Of a stretch of 64,000 bases of DNA, positions 9,614 to 19,972 are shown one piece after another. The notes below the pieces were generated by a model, which was not told the DNA's origin, searched no databases, and saw only the letters and a program-made list of their open reading frames with translations. How positions within the stretch are numbered: the stretch's first letter is position 1; each line of letters starts with the position of its first letter. The translations under genes and the position numbers were made by a program. The DNA is from a virus, in the IMG/VR virus record IMGVR_UViG_3300030102_006903, positions 32,001-96,000 of that record; one strand, 5' to 3'.

Positions 9614-10965
9614 TAATATTTCAAATCTTCTGGTGTACCCAATCCCCACATCTTAGGAATATCATAAGTACGAATCTCTTTTCCATCCTCAATTGCTTGA
9701 TTAAATACAGGACAAACATAAAACTCATTGTTCACTCTGATATCTTTTTCAATCATATCTTCTGCATATTTTACAAAATCAGAACCATGTTTCCAATAGT
9801 AATAACCAACTGTTGCAATATCAGAGATAGGATTCTTCTCTGCAACCTCAGTTACTAATCCTTTTTCATCTATCTTTGCAAAACTCCACTTTGGATGTGT
9901 TGCTCTAAATGATACAATACCACCATCTGCATTTGTTTCATTCATTTTATATAAGAATTCATTTGAATCCCACTCAACGAATTGGTCTGAGTTAGCAAAA
10001 AACAGAGGGGTATCTTTATTTATGTATTCTTTAGCAAGTAATGCCGTACATGCTGCACCTTCTGTTAGTTTATCAACCTCTACTATTTTACAATTTGGTG
10101 TAATGAGATTTAATAAAGTATCTAAGTTATACTTTTCTCTATGTTCTTTTTGTACAACATAAACATAGTTTGCTTTGATGTTTAGATTTTCCACCACCAA
10201 CTGAATCATAGGTTTTCCCTTTACATCAATTAATGGTTTTGGAAAAGTATATCCTGCTTGTTGAAATCTACTTCCTGCTCCAGCCATTGGAATCAATACT
10301 GTAAGATTTTCATCTCTCCATGCTGGTGTTGATTGTTGTTCTCCCATTTCTATTTGTTTTAATTTATTATCTATATTACTATAATTTGTTTCTTTTGTAT
10401 TCTTTACTCTCAGTATATGTGATTTGGAACGAGCAGCTGCAAGTAATCCATATGGTGAATCTTCAACTATCAAAGTTTCCTCAGGTAAACAACTCATCAT
10501 AGATATTGCTTTCCAATACATCTCTGGATGTGGTTTTGAATTTTTTACATCTTCATTAGATATCACCAAATCCATAAACTCCATAATACCCAATTTAGAT
10601 AAAACTGTTAAACAAGTTTTTCTGATTGAGTTTGAACACACTGCAATCTTATAACCTTCACTAACTAAGTTTCTCATACATTGTATTAGACCTGTATTTG
10701 GTTCTAGTGCTCTTAACTTTTCTAATGTAAGTTTTTGTTTTAACTCCCAAATAGTTTTATGATTTTCTTTTAGTAACCCTTTTTTCTCAGATAACATTTC
10801 TAATTTTTGAGTTGTTTTCAATCCATCATAGGTTGCTAGGTGTTCATTCCAACTTATGGCGTAACCTGGTCCTAATGCTTCGTTAAGTGCTTCATAGTGT
10901 ATATTTTTAGCCTCAACTAATACACCATCTAAATCAAATATGATTAATTTAATTTTATTTCCCAT
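9595..10965 (-). CDS. HAD phosphatase fused to a BcbE-like nucleotidyltransferase
   Basis: N-terminal FDLDGVL...KPHPE...VEDS; C-terminal IPMAGAGSRF...PKPLI. Confidence 0.88.
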   Translation of the reverse strand: MGNKIKLIIFDLDGVLVEAKNIHYEALNEALGPGYAISWNEHLATYDGLKTTQKLEMLSEKKGLLKENHKTIWELKQKLTLEKLRALEPNTGLIQCMRNLVSEGYKIAVCSNSIRKTCLTVLSKLGIMEFMDLVISNEDVKNSKPHPEMYWKAISMMSCLPEETLIVEDSPYGLLAAARSKSHILRVKNTKETNYSNIDNKLKQIEMGEQQSTPAWRDENLTVLIPMAGAGSRFQQAGYTFPKPLIDVKGKPMIQLVVENLNIKANYVYVVQKEHREKYNLDTLLNLITPNCKIVEVDKLTEGAACTALLAKEYINKDTPLFFANSDQFVEWDSNEFLYKMNETNADGGIVSFRATHPKWSFAKIDEKGLVTEVAEKNPISDIATVGYYYWKHGSDFVKYAEDMIEKDIRVNNEFYVCPVFNQAIEDGKEIRTYDIPKMWGLGTPEDLKYYLENYK

Positions 10966-11695
10966 GTTTACCTTCATCTAAATGTGTAAATAATCCTTCA
11001 CCATGAGCAACTTTAAATGTTTGTTGTGCCCACCACTTTGAGATATTACCTTCTAATGCAATACCTTCACCAGCAAACTGTTTTACTGTTTGTAAATAAA
11101 AATCTTTTTTATATAAACAAGGATTGTTTGTCCAATTACCATAACGAGATGTTGTAGTAAAGTATTCACCTTCTTTTCCAATATGCTGTGGGAAACTTTC
11201 GAATGGGTCACACCAATGGACTGAATCCAATAGATGGGGTGATGTACATTCAATCTCCTTATCGTAATAATCCAATTCTCTTCCTTGGTATTTAAATGAA
11301 AAATGTGGGTGACCAGGGTTAGCTCTATGTCTATATCTAACACAAGAGTATCCATTATCTAATAACTCAATTCCACTTTTTACTCTATCGAGTGTTACAT
11401 TTCTATCTTCAATTAATTTCCAGTCATGTTCTAAAACCATTACATTATCAGTTTTAGCTTGTTCTGTTAATTGTATGAATCCTTGTCCGATTCCAATATT
11501 CTCATTCAAACCAATATAAGGAATATTAAAATGATTAGCTATTTGTTTATCTTGTTCTGATACTTCTTGAAATAAAATACATACATCATTTACTTGATGT
11601 AGAAATTCTCTATCAAAATAAGTTTGTAAAGTGTTAACAAGAGTTTGTCCACTTTTCCAAGATAAGATACCGATACTTAGTGGGAGTTTTTCCAT
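10955..11695 (-). CDS. GT-A fold glycosyltransferase
   Basis: NIGIG, LEHDW motifs. Confidence 0.65.
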   Translation of the reverse strand: MEKLPLSIGILSWKSGQTLVNTLQTYFDREFLHQVNDVCILFQEVSEQDKQIANHFNIPYIGLNENIGIGQGFIQLTEQAKTDNVMVLEHDWKLIEDRNVTLDRVKSGIELLDNGYSCVRYRHRANPGHPHFSFKYQGRELDYYDKEIECTSPHLLDSVHWCDPFESFPQHIGKEGEYFTTTSRYGNWTNNPCLYKKDFYLQTVKQFAGEGIALEGNISKWWAQQTFKVAHGEGLFTHLDEGKHGK

Positions 11696-12564
11696 TCGTT
11701 ATATTTTTCAATTAAAAATTGTACTCTTTGTTTCTGAGTATGGTTCTCTAAAACCTTTTTAAATCCATTGTTAGCAATTTTTTCTCGTTCTTCATCATTT
11801 TCATTATAATAATTTATTTTGTTGATACAATCAACTATATCATCGTAATAAACTATATCTTCACCATCTGTAAATAATTCTTCTAACTTTTTAGATTTAT
11901 TTAATTTATCACAAAGAACCATTTTACCACAAGCCATTCCTTCAAATAATCTTCTAGTTACTTCTCCCCATCTTGAATGTTGAATAATCATTTTTCCTTT
12001 ATTAAGAAATTCAGTATGTTGTTTTGAATTGAATCCATTTTGATTTCCAATTGTACCACCACCATGTTGAGTAATTGTATCCAAAAATTCTGAACCCCCT
12101 CTACCTCTTGTTGTTACCGCAACAAACTCTGGTTTAATTTCTAATGGAAACTGAACTCGTGTATCAGCAAAATGTGTCCACCAATACGCATCTCTACCTC
12201 TTTTCTTATATTCTTCAGTTGAATCTGCATCTGGTGATACTGTTATATGAAACTTATTTGATTTAGGAAAGTTTCTATCAAAGTTTTGTGGGTCATCTCC
12301 ACTTTCTTGTACCCAAAATGCATCTACTAAATTTTTATCTAAAAGAGGTGAATCAAATCTACCCCAATCCATAAAGATTACAATATCTGTTTTTGGTTTA
12401 CTGTTTAACCATTCTCTTATCTGAGTATCATTCCAATTTTGTAATCTATTAGAACCAATTGAAACTATCTCTACTTCCCATCCTAACGAACCAAATTCAG
12501 TTGCAAGGGATAATGGTGTTGACCATTCTTCATTCTCATATGCATAAATAAAAGTTACTTTCAT
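11677..12564 (-). CDS. GT-B glycosyltransferase (CgeB/Glyco_trans_1_2-like)
   Basis: RLFEGMACG...F.DGEDIVYY...IANNG..KV..NHT. Confidence 0.8.
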   Translation of the reverse strand: MKVTFIYAYENEEWSTPLSLATEFGSLGWEVEIVSIGSNRLQNWNDTQIREWLNSKPKTDIVIFMDWGRFDSPLLDKNLVDAFWVQESGDDPQNFDRNFPKSNKFHITVSPDADSTEEYKKRGRDAYWWTHFADTRVQFPLEIKPEFVAVTTRGRGGSEFLDTITQHGGGTIGNQNGFNSKQHTEFLNKGKMIIQHSRWGEVTRRLFEGMACGKMVLCDKLNKSKKLEELFTDGEDIVYYDDIVDCINKINYYNENDEEREKIANNGFKKVLENHTQKQRVQFLIEKYNEWKNSH

Positions 12565-13397
12565 GATACTGCTCTTCCTTTCATTTGTTCCCAATCTCTA
12601 TTTTTTCTTACCTCATCATTTGTATCTCTTGTTGCTTTTAGAACATTGTTAGTTGTTCCTAAATTTTCCGATACATGGATTAATGCTGATAAATCTTTTG
12701 GAAAACAGTGTCCCCCAAATCCAAAATCACCATCATGACCAGGTACCATCCAATGTGTCTTTCCTAACCTATCATCGTAAGTTGCATATTCAACAACTTT
12801 ATCATAATCAGCACCAACCTTTTCACAGATTTGATATATTTCATTAGCAAAAGATACTTTTGTAGATAAAAAAGTATTTGTCATATACTTAACCATTTCT
12901 GCGTAGGTTGAATGGGTTTTAATTAGTTTTGCATTTGGAAATACTTTTGAAAATAATCTAACTACATCAGTTGATTGTGGTCTTGGTCCACCTATAATAA
13001 TTCTTGTTTGATTATTATAATCTTCTTCTGCATTTCTTTCTGTCAAAAACTCTGGATTAAAAATAATATTCAGATATTTAAAATCCTTATTTAATTGTTC
13101 AGTTGTACCTGGTGGAATAGTTGATTTAACAATAATAGTTTTACTTCTTGCATCTTCAAATTCAATTAGAGTATTGATATCAAATAATGATTGCTGTAAA
13201 GTACTTAAATCACATTCACCACTTTTGTTCATAGGAGTAGGTAAACATACGAAAATAGTATCACACAACATTACTAAATTATGTAAAGTTGATGTTGATT
13301 TACTTTCATCTAAATCATATGTTAAAACATCGTAATACTGTTTCCATTTCTTGTAAACAGCATTACCAACAAAACCTTGTCCTATTATTCCTATCAT
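12561..13397 (-). CDS. ugd: UDP-glucose/GDP-mannose 6-dehydrogenase
   Basis: GQGFVG, CLPTP, KSTIPPGT, NPEFL, GFGGHCFPKD. Confidence 0.9.
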   Translation of the reverse strand: MIGIIGQGFVGNAVYKKWKQYYDVLTYDLDESKSTSTLHNLVMLCDTIFVCLPTPMNKSGECDLSTLQQSLFDINTLIEFEDARSKTIIVKSTIPPGTTEQLNKDFKYLNIIFNPEFLTERNAEEDYNNQTRIIIGGPRPQSTDVVRLFSKVFPNAKLIKTHSTYAEMVKYMTNTFLSTKVSFANEIYQICEKVGADYDKVVEYATYDDRLGKTHWMVPGHDGDFGFGGHCFPKDLSALIHVSENLGTTNNVLKATRDTNDEVRKNRDWEQMKGRAVS

Positions 13398-14242
13398 AGT
13401 GATTGAATATAATCGTTTAATCTATCCTCAGGTATCCAACCTAATCTTTCTAATGTGTCGTTATTTTCTCTTAATGTTTTACGATAGTTACCTGGTTGGT
13501 CTGGTAAGTAAAGAGATTCTAATTGTGGAAACCTCTCTTTAAACATATTAAACATTTCGTTTATAGAATAGTTTACTCCACACCCAAGTTCCCATGCATC
13601 TTCATGTACTTCAGTTCCAACTGCAACTTTATATAATCCATCTACGATATCTACTACATGAGTAAAATCTCTTCTTTGTTCTCCATCACCAACAATTGTA
13701 ATCTTTTCACCATCTCTAACTTGCCTTCTCCATATACCAATTACTGCTGCCCAATCTCCTTCAATTACTTCATCTGGTCCATATACATTGTAGAATCTAC
13801 AAATCTCTACATTTAAATCATAAGTTTTTTTGTATAGTTTACAAACTTCTTCACCTAAGTATTTGTATGCAGCGTATGGTGATTGTGATGGGTCATGGTG
13901 TTTTGAAGATGAACCTGCATATACAACTTTTACATTGTTATGTCTTGCCCACTCACAAACTGCTTCAGTTCCTCTAACATTAACTCTAAAAGTTTCTGTT
14001 GGATTTTCAAAAGAAGGTTGAATTCTACTTAGAGCAGCAAGGTGAAAACATAAATCATAATCTCCTTGAATATATTCAATTGTTTCAATATCACCTTCTA
14101 TATACTTTGCACCCTCAACATGATTATCTTTTGTACCAGTTTCATAATCATCTAATGAAACAACCTCATGTCCTTCATTTATTAATCTCTTAATTAGATT
14201 AGTACCAATAAATCCAGCACCACCTGTAACTAATACTTTCAT
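13394..14242 (-). CDS. NAD-dependent sugar epimerase/dehydratase
   Basis: TGGAGFIG, YAAYK (YxxxK), RFYNVYGP, RDFTHV. Confidence 0.92.
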   Translation of the reverse strand: MKVLVTGGAGFIGTNLIKRLINEGHEVVSLDDYETGTKDNHVEGAKYIEGDIETIEYIQGDYDLCFHLAALSRIQPSFENPTETFRVNVRGTEAVCEWARHNNVKVVYAGSSSKHHDPSQSPYAAYKYLGEEVCKLYKKTYDLNVEICRFYNVYGPDEVIEGDWAAVIGIWRRQVRDGEKITIVGDGEQRRDFTHVVDIVDGLYKVAVGTEVHEDAWELGCGVNYSINEMFNMFKERFPQLESLYLPDQPGNYRKTLRENNDTLERLGWIPEDRLNDYIQSL

Positions 14243-14541
14243 TTTACTATTCCTATTAATTGATGTTCGTTAAATAAAACAAACTCCTCATCACCTATTT
14301 CAATTTTATTTACTGCCTGTGATTTTTCATACATTACTGTATCTCCTACACTTACTGTCATTGGTATTCTTTCTCCACTTTGTGAGAATATACCAGTACC
14401 TACTGATACAACTTCACCATAAACTTTTTGGTTCATTGTAATGGAATCTGCAATAATGATTCCTCCTTTTGTTTTTGTTTCTGTTTGGGTAGCTCTTACT
14501 AAAACTCTATCACCCAATGGTTTAAATTTACCTGATTCCAT
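14239..14541 (-). CDS. groES: Co-chaperonin GroES
   Basis: KPLGDRVLV, TKGGII, GEVVSVG, VGDTV. Confidence 0.92.
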   Translation of the reverse strand: MESGKFKPLGDRVLVRATQTETKTKGGIIIADSITMNQKVYGEVVSVGTGIFSQSGERIPMTVSVGDTVMYEKSQAVNKIEIGDEEFVLFNEHQLIGIVK

Positions 14542-14770
14542 ATTTTATATTATTATGTTCTACTGTTCTATAAATCATGAATGAAATTGTTGAAAAAACT
14601 AATGTTTTCCAAATTCTTTTATTCAATGTCTTGTTTTCCTTTTCATTTACTCCTATTGCTTCTAAAAGAGTTGTTGGTGGTTCTTTATATTCCCATGATG
14701 GTTTAGCTGATACACAACTACCAAATAATATAATTCCACTAAATACTAATGATAATATTTTTTTTCTCAT
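14528..14770 (-). CDS. Small putative lipoprotein/membrane protein
   Basis: MRKK-hydrophobic-FGSC lipobox-like; C-terminal hydrophobic stretch. Confidence 0.5.
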   Translation of the reverse strand: MRKKILSLVFSGIILFGSCVSAKPSWEYKEPPTTLLEAIGVNEKENKTLNKRIWKTLVFSTISFMIYRTVEHNNIKYGIR

Positions 14771-15393
14771 ATTGTTTCGTAAAATTCGTTTTGTTGTTCT
14801 TGTCTATCTATTTGTTTAGGATGATACAAACACCATTGTTCCTCTGCAGGAAAGTTTGAGAATGTATCATAACCTGTTATTCTTTCATGTACTTTATTCA
14901 TCCAAGTAACATCTGGTGTGTTTTTGTAAATACGAGTTTGGTAATCAGGCCAATTTACCCATCCTTTTTCATTTACTTTCCATCCCCATTTTTGGATATG
15001 ACCATCTGTTAATCCTTCTACTGTATTTACTCTTGGTACAAATACAATATCGACAGGATTTTCTTGTAATACCTGTCCTAAATATTCCACTAAAAATTCA
15101 TGTGGAATTTCATCTGCATCTACTTGAAAAATATAATCTTTTGTACAATGTGATTTAAGATTATTTTTAAATGATGCAAAATCTTTATTTAATGGAAACC
15201 CTACAATTTTGTGATTTTCATGCATTGAATCCATTAGATTAAGATAATTCATTACTTCATCTGTTACCGATGATTCATCATATTGAATTACTATTTCATC
15301 TTCTTTTCTAATATGAAGTTGTAAAAAATTAAGAAGTTTTGTAATTTCTTGTATTTCATTACAAACTGTGATTGCGTAACTAATTGTTTTCAT
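14767..15393 (-). CDS. GT2 glycosyltransferase
   Basis: ITVCNE, FQVDADE, PDYQTRI, VHER. Confidence 0.85.
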   Translation of the reverse strand: MKTISYAITVCNEIQEITKLLNFLQLHIRKEDEIVIQYDESSVTDEVMNYLNLMDSMHENHKIVGFPLNKDFASFKNNLKSHCTKDYIFQVDADEIPHEFLVEYLGQVLQENPVDIVFVPRVNTVEGLTDGHIQKWGWKVNEKGWVNWPDYQTRIYKNTPDVTWMNKVHERITGYDTFSNFPAEEQWCLYHPKQIDRQEQQNEFYETI

Positions 15394-16129
15394 TTTTATA
15401 ATATGTTAAAGTATAGTAATTCGGTACATCTTCAGGTATTTGGTCAGCGTTTTTTAAAGGAACCATTTCACCTTTTTCATTAAAGTATTCTGGTCTAACA
15501 TAATACTCTTTATACTTTGGTTTAATAGTAGTTTTATCACCATATTTTTCTAAAAATAATTCTTTTGGAACAACTCTTAAATCTTCTAAAAATACGATTC
15601 TACCATTATCTGTTAAATGTTTTTCAAAGTTATCTATAAGATTATCATGTAATTTAAAATCTAAATCTAAAGTAATCCTTCTTGATGTCTTTTCTCTTTT
15701 TTCTGTGGTTATCCCCATAAATTTTTTATGGTGTTCAAATTGTTCTTCAGTAATAAAAAATGGTGGATTCATTACTATTAAATCTACCTTAGGTCCATCA
15801 TAATTTTTAAAACCATCACTATGATAAAAATTTAATTCTTCATTATTTTTTTCACAAGTAACTTGTAAATCTTCTTCAACTGGTTTGTGTATATCTAAAA
15901 AATGAACTGAATCCATATTTAATGATTTATACAAATACCATCCGATAAAACCTGGTCCACTACATACTTCTAAAACAGATTTACAATCTTTGTGTTCTTC
16001 TAAAAAATCATCTTTACCGAAAAGGTATTTAATCATCAAGGGCCCTCCACCATTATGTCCAACTTGATAGTAGACATAAAAGTTACAACCCATTAAATCT
16101 TTTTTAACACAATATTTTCGGTTTACCAC
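15380..16129 (-). CDS. Class I SAM methyltransferase (NPPF motif, HemK-like)
   Basis: LEVCSGPGFIG and IVMNPPF; GTG start, exact start uncertain. Confidence 0.75.
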   Translation of the reverse strand: MVNRKYCVKKDLMGCNFYVYYQVGHNGGGPLMIKYLFGKDDFLEEHKDCKSVLEVCSGPGFIGWYLYKSLNMDSVHFLDIHKPVEEDLQVTCEKNNEELNFYHSDGFKNYDGPKVDLIVMNPPFFITEEQFEHHKKFMGITTEKREKTSRRITLDLDFKLHDNLIDNFEKHLTDNGRIVFLEDLRVVPKELFLEKYGDKTTIKPKYKEYYVRPEYFNEKGEMVPLKNADQIPEDVPNYYTLTYYKNENN

Positions 16130-16135
16130 TTTTTA

Positions 16136-16678
16136 TTATATTATTGTTTGATTATTTTCTTCATCAATATCGGATATCTCATCTCTAAGAATATTTCTTT
16201 TTTCTGATGTTGTGGTTTTTGTTCCGAATAATCTATCTAATACATCTTGTTCAAACCTTATCTCATAGACATTTACAACCTTATCTAAAATGTAAGTTCT
16301 GTAATTATCTAATTCTTTACGATATAAGTTTCTATTATTTTTTACTGCAGAATTAAAAAGTTGTGCACCATCTCTTGAAAATCGTTTCAACATATATTCT
16401 AACCTTAGTTGAGAATTTGGTTCGATTCTTTTATCTCGTAACTTTCCAATAAATTGTGTAAAATGTAAAGGTAAAATAGGATTGAGTTTGATGCAGTGTA
16501 CTTTATTTTCAACTATACCTAAAACAAAAACATATCTTGATTCCTCTGCTTGTTTCGTTGCAGGAGTACCTCCTTTGTATGTAATTATACGATAAATATT
16601 TCTCGGTCTTATTTGTGAACGAGGTATCCTTTTTTCAGGTTTTAAAAATTTAGTATATTGTCTTGTATAAACAGGCAT
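16136..16678 (-). CDS. Hypothetical basic phage protein
   Basis: 180-aa ORF coupled to its neighbour; no motif recognised. Confidence 0.5.
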   Translation of the reverse strand: MPVYTRQYTKFLKPEKRIPRSQIRPRNIYRIITYKGGTPATKQAEESRYVFVLGIVENKVHCIKLNPILPLHFTQFIGKLRDKRIEPNSQLRLEYMLKRFSRDGAQLFNSAVKNNRNLYRKELDNYRTYILDKVVNVYEIRFEQDVLDRLFGTKTTTSEKRNILRDEISDIDEENNQTII

Positions 16679-17937
16679 TATAATTTTTTAATTTCTGGTA
16701 ATTTTAGTTCCACATGCTGTTGAATCTTTACATATTGGTCAACAATACTTTTTAATTTTTTTGTCATTTCATTTAATGTAAAATTAGTATTGATATTTGT
16801 TTTAAGTCCAGCAGATTTTTTAAGATGTGTTTTATAGTTTTTATAAACATCAAAAATCCTTTGTGCAGCAGTTGAATAGTTTACATAAAACCATTTTGAT
16901 TCTGGTAATAAGAATTTATTCTGTGCAGATTGATGTACTTCTTTCAATTCACCATCTAAATAAACTGTATTTTCTTCTGGTAAGAAATCTGTATGTCCAC
17001 TCCACTTAGATACAATAATTGGTTTACCTGTTGTTGCAAACTCTGCAAGTGGTCTACCATATCCTTCTCCTTTTGTAAACATAATAAAAGATTTTACCTT
17101 CTCATCATTGTATAAATCATTTAATTCTGATTCAGATAAATCTCCCCATACTAAATGAATAGGAGGACACTTATCACCAAATTCTTTTGTTATCTCTTCT
17201 ACCTTTTCTTTTATAATTTCTCTATCACCAACTGAAAATCCTGCTGAAGATGTTTTTAAAATTAAACCTGGTTGTTGATTTTTTGGTAAACCTTTAAAAA
17301 CAGTACAGAATGTTTTAATCATCATACCTGTATCTTTTCTATCATGTCCTAAATCTCCACTTAACCAATGACCAACATATAAGAAATTAAAATCTGTTTC
17401 AACTGAATCTAAAATTGAACTTGAAGATTTTCCATTGAAAATAGTAGTATCAACTCCTTCAAATAAAACTTCAATTGGTTTTTCAACTTTTATTTCACCT
17501 ACTTGTTTTTGTGTTCTTTTATCAACTTGTGTATATTTAGTTTTTTCTAACACATCTTTTGTAAATTTAGATGGAGTTATAATTAAATCCATTTGATTAG
17601 AACCTTGAATAAAATCTTGTGGTGCAAGAGTCGTTTCAACCCCAGCAGTGATACCAATATTATACTTTCCAACTCTTCTAAATTCATTGGCAACTGATAC
17701 TTGGATGAAAACATCAATTTGTTTATCTACCTTCGTAACAATATTTTGTAATATTTTTTGACCAAATTCAGTTTGTGGATTGATTTGGTCTTGTGGAGTG
17801 TTTCCCCATCTCGTTGGTACTATTTTTATATCAAATTTATCTAATTCGAATAATGATTTCAAGATATCTCTTGAATGGTCACCATAACCACTTCTTGTTG
17901 CTATTGGTGCCTGAAATATTAATAATGGTTTATTCAT
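16678..17937 (-). CDS. GT-B (GT4-like) glycosyltransferase
   Basis: SGYG, RKD, TKGEGYGRPLAEF, SGHTDF. Confidence 0.85.
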   Translation of the reverse strand: MNKPLLIFQAPIATRSGYGDHSRDILKSLFELDKFDIKIVPTRWGNTPQDQINPQTEFGQKILQNIVTKVDKQIDVFIQVSVANEFRRVGKYNIGITAGVETTLAPQDFIQGSNQMDLIITPSKFTKDVLEKTKYTQVDKRTQKQVGEIKVEKPIEVLFEGVDTTIFNGKSSSSILDSVETDFNFLYVGHWLSGDLGHDRKDTGMMIKTFCTVFKGLPKNQQPGLILKTSSAGFSVGDREIIKEKVEEITKEFGDKCPPIHLVWGDLSESELNDLYNDEKVKSFIMFTKGEGYGRPLAEFATTGKPIIVSKWSGHTDFLPEENTVYLDGELKEVHQSAQNKFLLPESKWFYVNYSTAAQRIFDVYKNYKTHLKKSAGLKTNINTNFTLNEMTKKLKSIVDQYVKIQQHVELKLPEIKKL

Positions 17938-18208
17938 TTTCTAATTCTCTTATTCTGTTTTCTTCTTCTTGTCTTAAACATCTATCAATTGATATCTGAG
18001 TAAGTTTTGTAATTTCTTCTAAAGTTTCAGGTTCATGTGGTGAATTGTAACATTCGAACCTTGTTGTTTCAATTTCATTATCTTGTAAAACAATTAAATG
18101 ATAATCTTCATTTAGTTCTTTTCTATCATATAATGCCTTTCGAGATGCTTGAACTTGTTTATTTGTCCAATAACCAGGAAACCTTACAATAAAAATTGGT
18201 TTACTCAT
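17930..18208 (-). CDS. Hypothetical protein
   Basis: 92-aa ORF overlapping both neighbours. Confidence 0.55.
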   Translation of the reverse strand: MSKPIFIVRFPGYWTNKQVQASRKALYDRKELNEDYHLIVLQDNEIETTRFECYNSPHEPETLEEITKLTQISIDRCLRQEEENRIRELENE

Positions 18209-19602
18209 TACTTCAGTTTATATACATTAAACTTTTGTTTTGGTTTCCAATTTTTTATTGCCTTTTCTATTCCATCTGCCATGCACTTGTTTTGGTATTT
18301 AGCATTCAATCCCATCTCACCTAAGAATTCTTTTCTACCTTTCTTTCCTGCCTTATCTCTTTCTTGAGGTGTTTTATCATACCAATACTTAATTGCATCT
18401 GCGACTTCATGTACATCTACCTTATCATCGATAATGTAAGGTGTTGGTATAGAACCAACCATAGTTTGAACTCTTGGCCATACTGGTTTTACCCACTCAC
18501 CATGAGTTACTTTATCTTCCCATTCTCTGTAATTATGAAGTGAACCGATTTGTTTATAATCATCTGCAGTAAAGTATTTTCCATTGGATTTCTTTTTGAA
18601 TCCACATTGGTCTTGCATACCACCAGTCACATTAACGATTATTGGTGTTTCTGCCATAACTGATTCAGCAGTTACTAAACCAAAACCTTCATTACCTGCG
18701 ATATTAATTGTACAATCTGCAATGTTATAAATGTAATTAAGTTCTTTTTGTGATATTCTTTCAGTTGAAAACTTTATATCACACTCAGGTGCAATTTTTT
18801 CTGCTACTTTAAATAGGTTTGTACCATTAGGGTCTTTTGGTGCAGTATGCATAATTAAACAAACCTTATCTTTATCTTCTTTTGGTAGAGTATCAACAAA
18901 CTTTTTAAACGCCCATATTACATCTGATGGTTGTTTTCTTTTGATGTTTCTGTTCATCCAAAATAAAATAAATTTATAATCTTTACCTGTGGTTACTTTA
19001 TCATGAAAATCTTTAGGTACTTCAACTTTTTTGTATGTTTCAGAATTGATACCATGTGGTACATAATCTACCTGCCAATCTTCAAGTGGTTTGATTGTAT
19101 TAGAATCAATCTTACCAACTCTACTTACAATACCATAAGTTTGTCTTGAAATACATCCTAACCAATCACAACTTTCGTAGTAATCTCTATTGTAATCGGG
19201 GTCTGGTAAATCATCCCATATATGATAAAACAGAATAGGAATATTTTGTCTTATTTCTGATTCCATTTCATACAACCACTTCCAATATCTAGGGTCTGTA
19301 AAGTGTAGAATTGCATCTGGTTGATGTCTCATAATTAGTTCTCTTAGAATATTAGCATCACCATAACCAGTCCAAGGAATGATTTTTAGAGAGGCATCTT
19401 CAATGCCAGTTTCTTTTCTGACATCAGCTCCTAAATCAATTTCTTTACCTTTTTCTGGATGATTAACTGCTGCTCCTAATTGTACCCAATGAAATTTATC
19501 CAAAGTACCTAATACGAATTCTTTGGAAACAGTTGCTATACCTGATGACATTCTCAGGTCATCTGATAATAGAAGAATCTTCTTCTTTTTGTCTTTTGCC
19601 AT
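18208..19602 (-). CDS. GT-B (GT4-like) glycosyltransferase
   Basis: SGIA, NRNIKRKQ, NEGFGL..AES, TGGMQDQ. Confidence 0.87.
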   Translation of the reverse strand: MAKDKKKKILLLSDDLRMSSGIATVSKEFVLGTLDKFHWVQLGAAVNHPEKGKEIDLGADVRKETGIEDASLKIIPWTGYGDANILRELIMRHQPDAILHFTDPRYWKWLYEMESEIRQNIPILFYHIWDDLPDPDYNRDYYESCDWLGCISRQTYGIVSRVGKIDSNTIKPLEDWQVDYVPHGINSETYKKVEVPKDFHDKVTTGKDYKFILFWMNRNIKRKQPSDVIWAFKKFVDTLPKEDKDKVCLIMHTAPKDPNGTNLFKVAEKIAPECDIKFSTERISQKELNYIYNIADCTINIAGNEGFGLVTAESVMAETPIIVNVTGGMQDQCGFKKKSNGKYFTADDYKQIGSLHNYREWEDKVTHGEWVKPVWPRVQTMVGSIPTPYIIDDKVDVHEVADAIKYWYDKTPQERDKAGKKGRKEFLGEMGLNAKYQNKCMADGIEKAIKNWKPKQKFNVYKLK

Positions 19603-19612
19603 TAACCTTTAT

Positions 19613-19753
19613 TTAAATTGTTCTAAATCTTCTTCGGTTATTCAACTGTACTCTCATCGTGTTTCCGAGATATTGTTTTGTTTTAACTCTATCGTTAAAT
19701 TCTTCACGAGTTTGATTAAGTTGAGTATTACCGTTATCTTGTTGTTGTCTCAT
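19613..19753 (-). CDS. Small hypothetical protein (46 aa); not in the ORF track
   Basis: MRQQQDNGNTQLNQTREEFNDRVKTKQYLGNTMRVQLNNRRRFRTI; fills the gap between co-oriented genes exactly. Confidence 0.6.
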   Translation of the reverse strand: MRQQQDNGNTQLNQTREEFNDRVKTKQYLGNTMRVQLNNRRRFRTI

Positions 19754-19755
19754 GC

Positions 19756-19950
19756 TTAAAATTGTGAACCACTAACTTGTAGGTTCTCGTAATTGTTAAT
19801 TTCAGTTCTAAAATCTTCGTCCTCAATATACTTGTCAACTGAACGATTAACAAGTTTCTGAAGTGTGATATTGGAATCAAATGAAATCCTTTTAAATTTT
19901 GAGTAAATATCTTTAATGATTTTTACTGTTGTTAATTTTGTATCTGCCAT
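19756..19950 (-). CDS. Small ribbon-helix-helix-like DNA-binding protein
   Basis: KLTTVKI beta-strand then two helices (IYSKFK, TLQKLVNRSVDKYI). Confidence 0.55.
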   Translation of the reverse strand: MADTKLTTVKIIKDIYSKFKRISFDSNITLQKLVNRSVDKYIEDEDFRTEINNYENLQVSGSQF

Positions 19951-19972
19951 AACTCTCCAATTTGTTATTTTA

